A stretch of DNA of 64,000 nt, from positions 960 through 64,959 of the forward strand of contig CAZCHT010000003.1 of assembly GCA_964498705.1 (NCBI GenBank). The letters run 5' to 3'. Numbering within the stretch: the stretch's first letter is position 1; the number at the start of each line of letters is the position of its first letter. Origin of the DNA: an uncultured Bdellovibrio sp. (lineage in GTDB: Bacteria > Bdellovibrionota > Bdellovibrionia > Bdellovibrionales > Bdellovibrionaceae). The translations under genes and the position numbers were made by a program. This document shows, in pieces, positions 27,604-36,169 of the stretch. The notes beneath the pieces were generated by a model. The model saw only the letters and a program-made list of their open reading frames with translations. It searched no databases and was not told the DNA's origin.

Positions 27604-28080
27604 ATGTCCAAGAAGAATTATATAACCCCTGAAGGCGCTGAAAAATTGAAGGCCGAGTATAACCAGCTCTTTCATGGTGAGCGACCAAAAGTAGTAGAAA
27701 CAGTGTCTTGGGCGGCCAGTAACGGTGATCGGTCGGAAAACGCGGATTATCAGTATGGGAAAAAACGTCTTCGTGAGATCGATCGTCGATTGAAGTTTTT
27801 GATGGATAGATTGGATGGAGTAGAGATCGTTCAAGTCACTGATATTAAGTCAGACAAGATCGTTTTTGGGGCCACGGTTACCTATCGAAATGAAGATGAA
27901 GAATCATTTACGTATCAAATCGTGGGTGAAGATGAGTTTGATATTAAGGAAAATAAAATTTCATGGAAGTCGCCTATTGCGACCACACTGTTGGGTAAAA
28001 AAATCGGCGACGAAGTTCGTTGGGTAAAACCAAACGGAGAAGAAGACTATTTTACGATTGAAAAGGTAGAGTATAAATAA
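27604..28080 (+). CDS. greB: Transcription elongation factor GreB
   Basis: MSKKNYITPEGAEKLKAEYNQLFHGERPKVVETVSWAASNGDRSENADYQYGKKRLREIDRRLKFL is near-colinear with E. coli GreB. ATG 27604 is preferred over the ORF track start 27532. Confidence 0.9.
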   Translation: MSKKNYITPEGAEKLKAEYNQLFHGERPKVVETVSWAASNGDRSENADYQYGKKRLREIDRRLKFLMDRLDGVEIVQVTDIKSDKIVFGATVTYRNEDEESFTYQIVGEDEFDIKENKISWKSPIATTLLGKKIGDEVRWVKPNGEEDYFTIEKVEYK

Positions 28081-28086
28081 ATAAGT

Positions 28087-29064
28087 CTACGGCACGATCT
28101 TAAGAGCTTGATCCAGATAACCGCTGTAAAATCCAACTATGCTATATACAATTTGTCCGATGACCAACCAATACAGAATGACAGGGAAAACTTTAACCAT
28201 AGTTTGAATTGTGCTCTCATTCTCACTTTTTATTCTGTCGGCATATCGTTTTAGAAACTCGGGCAATTTGCCAGCTTGTGATCCTAAACTAATGGCAGTT
28301 GTTAAATCTATTGGAAAAATTTTCTCAGCTTGAAACGCTCTTTGGGTTTCAACTCCTGACTGAATTCTAGGAATGATTCGCTCGATCGCCTTTTGTAGCT
28401 TGGGATTGGCAGAGCACTGGCCAGATTGCTTTAGGGCTTCGAAAAAATCAATGCCGGAATCTAGCATGAATCCTAATGTAGCCGCAAATTTCTCAAATGC
28501 CATTTTCGAATTTAGTTTTTTAAAAAATGGCAATGAGTTCATCACTTCATGCAATGTTCGTGCTTTTTGCAAATCAAAGTAAGACTGAATCCAGTAGTTA
28601 TAAATAATAATGAAAACAGCCGTGATTAATGCCAATACGCCTAAACTATTTCGAAGATAGTGTGCGAGGGTAATTTTCTCGGAAAATAAATCTGTGACTC
28701 CGGGAAACATCAAAGCGGCCGCAAAAGTGAAATAAGGCTTCATTAAGCTCAGGCGAATCTTCTTGATTGATTCGTGGGTGTCGGAATGTTTCTGTGAAAG
28801 GTTTTTGAACACCTCAACAATGCGACCAGAATCCTCTGCCGCCTTCACAAGGGGAAGATCATTTACGGGTACACATTGGGCCGCCCGAAAACTTTGATGC
28901 AGGGATCGTCCCTTGCGTAGATTCTGGCTCACGCTATGTAAAACTTGGCTATTATGCCCTGATGATCCCTTTTGCAGAGCCTCTGTCGTCGAGGCCACAT
29001 CAATGCCGGCGCTGTAGAGCTCGGCAAAATTTTTATAAAATAGGCTTAACTGGGCAAATGACAC
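28087..29064 (-). CDS. Type II secretion system F-family (GspF/PilC/TadB-like) inner-membrane platform protein
   Basis: It has two T2SS-F-like repeats (FYKNFAELYSAGIDVASTTEAL...LVKAAEDSGRIVEVF and FEKFAATLGFMLDSGIDFFEAL...ISLGSQAGKLPEFL) and three TM segments. The GTG start overlaps the TAG stop of the GT39 gene by 1 nt. Confidence 0.65.
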   Translation of the reverse strand: MSFAQLSLFYKNFAELYSAGIDVASTTEALQKGSSGHNSQVLHSVSQNLRKGRSLHQSFRAAQCVPVNDLPLVKAAEDSGRIVEVFKNLSQKHSDTHESIKKIRLSLMKPYFTFAAALMFPGVTDLFSEKITLAHYLRNSLGVLALITAVFIIIYNYWIQSYFDLQKARTLHEVMNSLPFFKKLNSKMAFEKFAATLGFMLDSGIDFFEALKQSGQCSANPKLQKAIERIIPRIQSGVETQRAFQAEKIFPIDLTTAISLGSQAGKLPEFLKRYADRIKSENESTIQTMVKVFPVILYWLVIGQIVYSIVGFYSGYLDQALKIVP

Positions 29065-30587
29065 TAATTTTTAATACCTTTAAAGTTTTCGCAAAGCCAA
29101 AAGTGAAATGTCCGCGAGAGTTCATCTCGGCGATAATATTTATATTCCGTTTCTTTGCAGCGATCAAAATCAGCATATTCGAGCGGGTTGTCCGGGTATT
29201 TTTCTGTTGTCAGAATTAAACCGTCCATTCCAACAAGGGCTTCCAAAGTATTTCTCTTTTTCTGCATAACCGTGTAGTGGCTCACGAATTTATTTAACAT
29301 CACGATATTAGGATCTTTAGTTCCCCAGATCGTTTGCGCTGTGGTTTCATAGCGAATGGCAGCTAAGAATGGTTTCTTGCCTGATTCAGAATGAATCTGT
29401 CGTTGACGTTCGAGTAACTTGCTTCCGGCGTCTTCCCAGCCAAAGAACTCATTCGATAAATCGTTGCGCGTGTCCCAAGGCTCGGAACTAACCATACGAT
29501 GTAATTTTGGCATGAATGGGTAAATAAAAGGTGCATAGATAAACACATTCAATAAAATAAAAATGGCTAAGATCGATACTAACCATTTTCTACTTTGCGG
29601 CAGAACTAACTGGCGACCAAACAATTCAAGCCCGTTGTAGAATAAATAACCAGCCACCATCGTCATAAATAAAGTCGCGGGACCTGACCAATGTGGTTTG
29701 TATTCAGCGAAAAAGGGCTGTGTGTAAAACACGACAAAACTAGGAATGAATAAACAGAATAAAAAACGGAAACGAAGATCTTGAAACTTTTTAATACAAA
29801 AAGCGATGGCACCTAAAATCAGTAAATAGATCGGCGGCGTGTAAAATAAAAACTGAGTTCCAAACCATTGCAACCAGCGGTCGATCGAAAAACCACCGTC
29901 TGAATGACGTCCTTGGAACTGATATTTAAATCCTGGCCAATCGTATTCGATGTTCCACAAGAAAATCGGCATGCAAACAAGTGTAGCGATGAAAACACCG
30001 ATCCATGGCCACGGAGAGAGCAGCATTTTGCGATAGGGCGGCGTTGACAATAAAAAGACACCAAAACCAAACGCCAGCATAGCCATTACAAATTTAGAAT
30101 TTAATCCAAGTCCCATTGTAATGCCTAAGATCAGCCAAACAGTTTTGACAGACCAGCGCTTATTATCATCACGTATGCTTTGCCAAAATATCCAAGCCGA
30201 AAAAATCCAAAAGAAAAAGAACACGGGTTCTGGTGCATTCACATAACCACCGAATCCCCAGAACGGAGTCCACAATAAAAGTTGGCTCACGAAAAATGCG
30301 ACCTTGCGGTCAAAGATATCTTCCGTCAGCTTCCAGCTGAATACGATCGTCAAAGTGTAGAAAATAAATGAGGTTAAGCGAATACCAAGAATAGTGTCGC
30401 CAAATAAACTTGTAGCTAGGTAGTTCAGCCACGAAATCATGCCGGGATGGTCATAATACGATAACATTAAATCTTTGGACCATGACCAATGATAAGCTTC
30501 GTCATCGATCAAATTAACATTCAGTGCAAAAAATAAGCGAAATAGAAATGTAACGGCAAATATCAATACATAAGGCATAGACCCCAA
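29064..30587 (-). CDS. GT-C fold glycosyltransferase family 39 (ArnT/PMT-like)
   Basis: It is polytopic. The N-terminal signature is FALNVNLIDDEAYHWSWSKDLMLSYYDHPGMISWL (DEAYYW...YfDHPP pattern of the ArnT/PMT_2 family). Confidence 0.85.
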   Translation of the reverse strand: MGSMPYVLIFAVTFLFRLFFALNVNLIDDEAYHWSWSKDLMLSYYDHPGMISWLNYLATSLFGDTILGIRLTSFIFYTLTIVFSWKLTEDIFDRKVAFFVSQLLLWTPFWGFGGYVNAPEPVFFFFWIFSAWIFWQSIRDDNKRWSVKTVWLILGITMGLGLNSKFVMAMLAFGFGVFLLSTPPYRKMLLSPWPWIGVFIATLVCMPIFLWNIEYDWPGFKYQFQGRHSDGGFSIDRWLQWFGTQFLFYTPPIYLLILGAIAFCIKKFQDLRFRFLFCLFIPSFVVFYTQPFFAEYKPHWSGPATLFMTMVAGYLFYNGLELFGRQLVLPQSRKWLVSILAIFILLNVFIYAPFIYPFMPKLHRMVSSEPWDTRNDLSNEFFGWEDAGSKLLERQRQIHSESGKKPFLAAIRYETTAQTIWGTKDPNIVMLNKFVSHYTVMQKKRNTLEALVGMDGLILTTEKYPDNPLEYADFDRCKETEYKYYRRDELSRTFHFWLCENFKGIKN

Positions 30588-30653
30588 ACCTACCCCTTCT
30601 TTTCAGAGCGGGCAAGGTTAGAAATCGGTTTTGAAATCAGCTTAGAAATTGGA

Positions 30654-33590
30654 TTAGAAGTCACCTTCAAATCGCAGAGGGGAATTATCGTAACCTGTCG
30701 GTCCAACGGCCGGACCTGCCGGTCCAATATCTTTAGATGCTGGAGTTAACACTCGTTTCAAGCCTTCCGGTATAATAACGATATCGGATGATCCAGTAGC
30801 ATTGGGATCAGGCTGAATGGTATCCATAGGGATGGAACTTTGCGCTTTAGGGTCAACTGACGGAATAGACGTATCCGGAGTGATTTTCTCGAGCTCTTTA
30901 TATGGATTGTCCGAGTAATCATTCTGCATAAATTCGGTCGATTTGAAATTCATCGTCAAATAAACCACTAAATTGCGACGGTTGTAATCACGGAACGCAC
31001 AAATACGTTTCGAATGGTTTGAACGATAGTCGGGCAGATCCTCACGGAATTTTTTTGCAAATCCGACAGACAGGTAATCCTCTGCTTTGATATTCAAGCC
31101 GGCCTCGATTTGGTCGCTATTGAATGGAGATTTAATCACAGTGTCTTTGCATAAATTGTACAGAGCTCTCCATCGTGGATTTTTGTAATCGTTAAACGAC
31201 AAAGCTTGGATACACATACGATTGAATACGCGATTAGCCGAATGATTTTCATCATCCACAGAGTAGGCAACGTTGTCCCTGATTCCTAGCATCGGTAGAT
31301 AGTGAACTGGGTATTTTTGCTCTTCGAAACCCGTGACCGTTTTTAATGAGTTCCATACTCCCGCAAAGAACCGACGAACTGGATTTCTCTGGTGTAAAGG
31401 GTTCACTTGCCAGCCATCATTGTAAGAACGTTTAATAGAATCAAACGAAATTGTAGCTGAGTCTACGTACGGTTTTGTCGCAGATAGTTTTAACTGCTGT
31501 AAAATACCAACTAAAGAATCTGTGAATAGCATTTCTTGAGCCGCTAAATTCTCTTTGAAAATTCGCGTCGCCATATCTAAATCGGCTTCCACATTCGCTG
31601 GGTTGTTGCCGGACATTTGTACCAACTGATCGAACACCATACGGCCAGACGCATAAGAAATTTCTTTGTACATGGCCTCTGTTTCTGAATTTCTGTCCTT
31701 CAAGACATCTTTCACGAACATTTGAAAATCGTACGTCACATAGGTAACTAAACGGTTAGCTAGGAAGCCAGATTTTGCTAACATTACTTCAAGTTTATCG
31801 TAAACATCTTCCATCAACGCGATATTTTTCTCTAGCAATGCTTGTTTAAATGCCCGTTCTTCTTCTGGAGTTGGTTTTTTGGAAAAGAAGTCTTTGTTGT
31901 CTTTAACAAACTTCAACACTTCATTGTATCGGTAAAATATTTTTCCAATACGAATGCGAGTGTCAGCGATTGAGGCCATCATCGTATGGTCGTTAGATTG
32001 CTTCTCGATTTTCCGTTGTAGATTAGCTAAATAATTATCGATATTGGCTAACGCACTTTTAATATTGTAAGGGATTCCAATCAGAGATTCATCGATAACA
32101 CCTAGCGGATCCGCAACGAAGTTCTTAAAATAGTAACTTAACATATTGGCTTTTCCGGCTTCGAAAACGATCGCTAATTTTTTCCACACGATGTTAGGCA
32201 CGTTATCTGGGGACGCAAAGATAGGAAGTGTGCGATAGTTCAAATTCAACCAGATGGCGGGATTCATATTCGCACCTTTATCTCTAACTTCTTGAGGGAT
32301 CTCCATGCCTAATAAATTAAAGTAAATTTCGTACTCAGAACCGGCATTCTGGAAGAAGTTCTCTCCTGTAGGGCCACCGGCTTTCAAGATCACTTCACCG
32401 ATGCGAAGAACTAAATCTTTTGCGTAGTTTTGCTTCGAGGCGAAGTCTTTATATGTAGAAATATTTCGTTTTAACTGATTGAACTCGGATTCAATTTCTT
32501 TAATTTTCATGTAAAACGTATTGGCATTGCTTAATACGTTCATTTGGTATTGACCATCTTCACGCAATTTTGGACTGCTGCCGATTTGGATACGGAAAAT
32601 CCAGTCAGTTACAATCGGTGATAGCTGCGTCAGTACATAAAAACCGTTCAATGGATTATCGAAATGGTAACCTGAATTAATCGGTCCATTTTGAGCTTCG
32701 TTTTGTTTTGAACGACGCGCACTCAATTCATTTGTCATTTGTTTAAATAACATACGGCTATCGCGGGCTGAACAATACGATTCAGACGTCGTTTCCATGA
32801 TACATTGAATAGACGTCATGAATTCTTGCTGATTTAGTTTTTGTAAAATCTTAGCGAACTGTTTGTCGCGCATATAGTTAGCGAGTTTAGAAATAGATAC
32901 AGCGGCTTGAGTTCCCAGCTGATCTTGTCCCGATGAAACCAGTGCGCCAAGCATGCTCACCGACGAGGCGACGACTTGGCCCATCACGTTGGTTTGAGTT
33001 AAACACTCGGTTAAACGGGGAAACGAATCTACCGTTTGATTGAATAGTTGAAAACCGCGGCCAACAACGCGCGCACGACGGTCACCGATGCTGCTCATTA
33101 GTTGTTGTTGCTCGTTCGTAGAAAGTGCATTCGGAATGGCGTTATTCTGATCGTTACTTAAGGTATTTATCTGCGCCAATTTAAATAGGCGACCAATAAT
33201 ATGGTTATTCGTAATCGCGCTTAATGCTGGGTTTTCCATCGCTGATGTACGTAAGGCTTTGACTTCTTGTTGTAGGTCACGCGCATAGTTCTGAGCGCCG
33301 CCCATGGATTTATCGGTACTCTCGAGCGAGCTACGAATTTCACCTAGTGAGCGCTGTAGAGATTCGCCTAACGCTTTACAATTAGGATCGTCACGCAATT
33401 GAGTTGTGATTTCACGCAGACGCTGGGTCTGCGTAAGGGCCTCCTGAGTCCACGATCCTTGGGATGTACATGGGCCAGAGAAATAATAAGGACGACTGTT
33501 TGTCGACGCCGTAGTGTCACCTAATAGACCATCAGGTGTTTGGGCCCAGACCATTGTACTAGTAAGAAGAAGAAATAACGTGAACTTCAT
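30654..33590 (-). CDS. Large (978 aa) secreted protein, unknown function
   Basis: It has signal peptide MKFTLFLLLTSTMVWAQ. The composition is largely helical-looking, with scattered Cys pairs and a Pro/Gly-rich C-terminal tail. No domain recognised. Confidence 0.7.
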   Translation of the reverse strand: MKFTLFLLLTSTMVWAQTPDGLLGDTTASTNSRPYYFSGPCTSQGSWTQEALTQTQRLREITTQLRDDPNCKALGESLQRSLGEIRSSLESTDKSMGGAQNYARDLQQEVKALRTSAMENPALSAITNNHIIGRLFKLAQINTLSNDQNNAIPNALSTNEQQQLMSSIGDRRARVVGRGFQLFNQTVDSFPRLTECLTQTNVMGQVVASSVSMLGALVSSGQDQLGTQAAVSISKLANYMRDKQFAKILQKLNQQEFMTSIQCIMETTSESYCSARDSRMLFKQMTNELSARRSKQNEAQNGPINSGYHFDNPLNGFYVLTQLSPIVTDWIFRIQIGSSPKLREDGQYQMNVLSNANTFYMKIKEIESEFNQLKRNISTYKDFASKQNYAKDLVLRIGEVILKAGGPTGENFFQNAGSEYEIYFNLLGMEIPQEVRDKGANMNPAIWLNLNYRTLPIFASPDNVPNIVWKKLAIVFEAGKANMLSYYFKNFVADPLGVIDESLIGIPYNIKSALANIDNYLANLQRKIEKQSNDHTMMASIADTRIRIGKIFYRYNEVLKFVKDNKDFFSKKPTPEEERAFKQALLEKNIALMEDVYDKLEVMLAKSGFLANRLVTYVTYDFQMFVKDVLKDRNSETEAMYKEISYASGRMVFDQLVQMSGNNPANVEADLDMATRIFKENLAAQEMLFTDSLVGILQQLKLSATKPYVDSATISFDSIKRSYNDGWQVNPLHQRNPVRRFFAGVWNSLKTVTGFEEQKYPVHYLPMLGIRDNVAYSVDDENHSANRVFNRMCIQALSFNDYKNPRWRALYNLCKDTVIKSPFNSDQIEAGLNIKAEDYLSVGFAKKFREDLPDYRSNHSKRICAFRDYNRRNLVVYLTMNFKSTEFMQNDYSDNPYKELEKITPDTSIPSVDPKAQSSIPMDTIQPDPNATGSSDIVIIPEGLKRVLTPASKDIGPAGPAVGPTGYDNSPLRFEGDF

Positions 33591-33724
33591 AGTATCCGGC
33601 TTATGTTCAATCCTTAGACCAACTCAATTGTAATAAATAGGCATTTCGTTACTAACAGGTGTTTAAAAATGATACACTTTTAGATAGGTGGATACTTTTA
33701 AATCACCCGAATACCAGGAGAATC

Positions 33725-33979
33725 ATGCGTATACCAACATCAGTAGCTAAGTATTTTAAGGGGATATTTTTAGCTGTTGTTGTGCTTGCAACTGCCTGTG
33801 CTGAAAAAGAAAAGGTTTCGAAAGCTCATCCGGCCACATTTGTGAATGATAATTTTGGCCTAGATAACGGAATGCCTATTCGCGAAGTACAAAAAAAAGA
33901 GTTCTATTTTAAGAAATGCGAAATGGAATCGCGCCGTGCGTTTCCTACGCGTGTAGAGTTTTCGTGTAACGAGAATTAA
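33725..33979 (+). CDS. Small lipoprotein, unknown function
   Basis: ATG 33725 follows AGGAGA. MRIPTSVAKYFKGIFLAVVVLATAC fits a lipoprotein signal with the lipobox Cys. Confidence 0.55.
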   Translation: MRIPTSVAKYFKGIFLAVVVLATACAEKEKVSKAHPATFVNDNFGLDNGMPIREVQKKEFYFKKCEMESRRAFPTRVEFSCNEN

Positions 33980-33985
33980 AACCCC

Positions 33986-34139
33986 CCTTAGGTGCCAGGT
34001 CCTAAAAAAACCAAAAACAGTCGTTCTTAATAAAAGTTGGTATTTAAAGTGCCAGGCTTTTAAAGCTATTGCGGTTTTTAAACCCTATAGAGGGTGGTTT
34101 CTTCTGATTCGTGGTTTTAGTAGGACCTGGCACCTAAGG
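33986..34139. repeat. 154-bp MITE-like element / long palindromic structure
   Basis: Perfect 19-bp terminal inverted repeats: CCTTAGGTGCCAGGTCCTA (33986-34004) and TAGGACCTGGCACCTAAGG (34121-34139). Imperfect pairing extends about 15 bp further inward. The element is intergenic between convergent genes. Confidence 0.6.
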
Positions 34140-34180
34140 CTTTATTGGCGGGATTTGATGTTCGGTTTTTGGCAAAAAAA

Positions 34181-34199
34181 AGCCGCTTGTTCAGCGGCT
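34181..34199 (-). terminator. Rho-independent terminator of the exbB-exbD operon
   Basis: AGCCGCT-tgttc-AGCGGCT, with A8 on the plus strand giving a T8 tail on the minus-strand transcript. It lies 26 nt beyond the exbD stop. Confidence 0.8.
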
Positions 34200-34224
34200 T
34201 TCAAATTAAATTTTAATTTTAAAA

Positions 34225-34632
34225 TTATCGTTTTTGGATACTGAAAGCGACTTTTTTAAGGCCGTTTGATTTAACGGCGTCGATGATTTCAGTTACCATT
34301 TCTAGCGTTACGGCTTTGTCAGCTACTAGAATCGCGTTTGTATCTGGATTCTGAGCTGAACGTTTTGCCGATTCAGCGCGAAGTTGATCTAGGTTTACTG
34401 CGTTTCCATCGATGAATAGTTCGCCTTCTTTACCTACCGTGATCTTCATCGGCTTTTTGCTCTTATCGAAATCTGTCGAAGATGACTTCGGCAGAGAGAT
34501 GTCGATCTTTGGTTGCATTACCAAAGGAGCTGCCACCATGAAGATAATAAGAACAACCAGGATGATATCTACCAGAGGAACTACGTTGATCTCTGTTAAG
34601 ATTTCTCCGTTATTATTTCCACCACCAGCCAT
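34225..34632 (-). CDS. exbD: Biopolymer transport protein ExbD/TolR
   Basis: EINVVPLVDIILVVLIIFMV is the TM signature. It is 135 aa and lies immediately downstream of the ExbB-like gene. Confidence 0.9.
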   Translation of the reverse strand: MAGGGNNNGEILTEINVVPLVDIILVVLIIFMVAAPLVMQPKIDISLPKSSSTDFDKSKKPMKITVGKEGELFIDGNAVNLDQLRAESAKRSAQNPDTNAILVADKAVTLEMVTEIIDAVKSNGLKKVAFSIQKR

Positions 34633-34635
34633 GAC

Positions 34636-35265
34636 TTATACTCCTTTTTTAGTTTTTGAGTACAACATGCAAAGATCTTTAGATGCATCGATGTTGTTTA
34701 GGATTAAAGACACTTTCTTTTGGAAAAAGTTGAACGCGATAACCGCTGGGATAGCTAAAGCTAAACCGACAGCTGTCGACACTAGGGCGTGGGCGATACC
34801 CGACATAACCACTTCGTTACCTTGTCCAGGAGAATTTCCAAGATCGTTAAACGCTTTCATGATACCCATAACCGTTCCCAAAAGACCGATGTATGGAGCA
34901 TTCGAAGCGATTGTACCTAGGATATATAGGTTACCTTCTAGTTTAGGTTTCTCGATGCTTTTGAATGAACTGAAAAGTTCATCTAAACCAGCACTCGAGT
35001 TATTTTTGTGGATGTGGTTCAATCCGTAATTAAGAGCACGGCCTTCAACAGCATCTTGGTATTGAGTTAATAGAGCTACTTTTTCTGGAGATTGTGTTTC
35101 GATAACGTCTCTGAATTTTTTCTCAAGCTCTTTACTTTTCGCACCTAATTTACTTAGGGTAAGAAAACGTTCAGCGATGATAGCAAAGCTGGCGATACTT
35201 AGAAAGCCCATGAAGTAGAGGATGAAATTAGCACTTGCTTCCGCGATTTTAAACATTGAATCCAT
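34636..35265 (-). CDS. exbB: MotA/TolQ/ExbB proton-channel family protein
   Basis: Three TM helices with conserved APYIGLLGTVMGIMKAF and ALVSTAVGLALAIPAV. Confidence 0.9.
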   Translation of the reverse strand: MDSMFKIAEASANFILYFMGFLSIASFAIIAERFLTLSKLGAKSKELEKKFRDVIETQSPEKVALLTQYQDAVEGRALNYGLNHIHKNNSSAGLDELFSSFKSIEKPKLEGNLYILGTIASNAPYIGLLGTVMGIMKAFNDLGNSPGQGNEVVMSGIAHALVSTAVGLALAIPAVIAFNFFQKKVSLILNNIDASKDLCMLYSKTKKGV

Positions 35266-35321
35266 TGTGTGTTGCTCCTTTTAATTTTTTAAATTTTTAT
35301 TTCTTTAAATTGTTTAATTGA

Positions 35322-35996
35322 TTACATGCTAGCGTCGACTAATTTGAATTCCACTTTTACCAAATGATTGTGTTTTACAATCACGGCACCAGTGCCATCC
35401 GTAAACGGTTTGTATTTATATTTAGAAACAGCACGACGAGCTTCTGTTTCAAATACATTTAGTTTCTCGCCGCTTAACACTTTCAAGTTCTCTACAGAAC
35501 CATCTGTTAAAACGTCGATCTCTAATAATACGTGACCTTCAATACCTTGAGCCAATGCTTCCTTAGGGTATTTCGGTTTTACTTTATAATAAGGAACATC
35601 GGTCACGTTAGCGTTGCTAACGACTGTTGTCTTCGGCGCTTCTTTTGGCGCTTCCTTTTGTAAGCCAGCAACCTCAGATGTTGAATCCTGCATTTCTTGT
35701 GCAGCGACCGGAGACGGATCATTTTTGATCGGCTCTTCAATATCTGGTTTTACTTCGACTTGTTTAATGTCTTGAACGATTTGTGGTGGCTCTTCGAATT
35801 CTTGATAGCCAAAATCCACGTAGTTTTCTTTTGGTGCGATCGGTTCGCTCGGTTTGAAGTTGCCATATTTTAAGGCAACAACCGCCAAGATGTGCAATCC
35901 AATGGAAAGACCCACTGAAATTGAACTATTCTTGTTAGTGTCATAATCGCCCGACGACACTTTTTTACTGTTTTCTGTTTTTGCAACGTTTCCCAC
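35322..35996 (-). CDS. tonB: Energy transducer TonB
   Basis: It has an N-terminal anchor and a Pro/Glu/Lys-rich spacer. The C-terminal TonB domain is YPKEALAQGIEGHVLLEIDVLTDGSVENLKVLSG. The start is GTG. Confidence 0.85.
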   Translation of the reverse strand: MGNVAKTENSKKVSSGDYDTNKNSSISVGLSIGLHILAVVALKYGNFKPSEPIAPKENYVDFGYQEFEEPPQIVQDIKQVEVKPDIEEPIKNDPSPVAAQEMQDSTSEVAGLQKEAPKEAPKTTVVSNANVTDVPYYKVKPKYPKEALAQGIEGHVLLEIDVLTDGSVENLKVLSGEKLNVFETEARRAVSKYKYKPFTDGTGAVIVKHNHLVKVEFKLVDASM

Positions 35997-36114
35997 TGTC
36001 AGACTCCCTCCATAACATTCTCAAAGCACAGTCAGTTTAACCCCACATCCTGACTATACAAATTCCGAACCATCGTGTTCGGTGCCACATTGACTCAAGT
36101 CTTTGGCATTGATT

Positions 36115-36143
36115 TTGTTATCATAATCAAATAGATATCATTC
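36115..36143. promoter_or_regulatory. Weak Fur-box-like AT-rich element in the tonB/receptor divergent promoter region
   Basis: TTGTTATCATAATCAAATAGATATCATTC contains ATAATC, GATATC and ATCATT hexamers reminiscent of GATAAT repeats. The best 19-mer matches only about half of the classical consensus. Confidence 0.25.
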
Positions 36144-36169
36144 GGGAAAGAAAAAAAGAGAGGGGAACA

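Noticed and set aside
27475-27834. 119-aa ORF antisense to the greB 5' region
   Set aside because: It overlaps a near-canonical GreB ORF and has no supporting features.
34412-35029. 205-aa ORF on the plus strand
   Set aside because: It lies antisense across exbD and exbB, both of which carry unmistakable family motifs. It has no RBS or family features.
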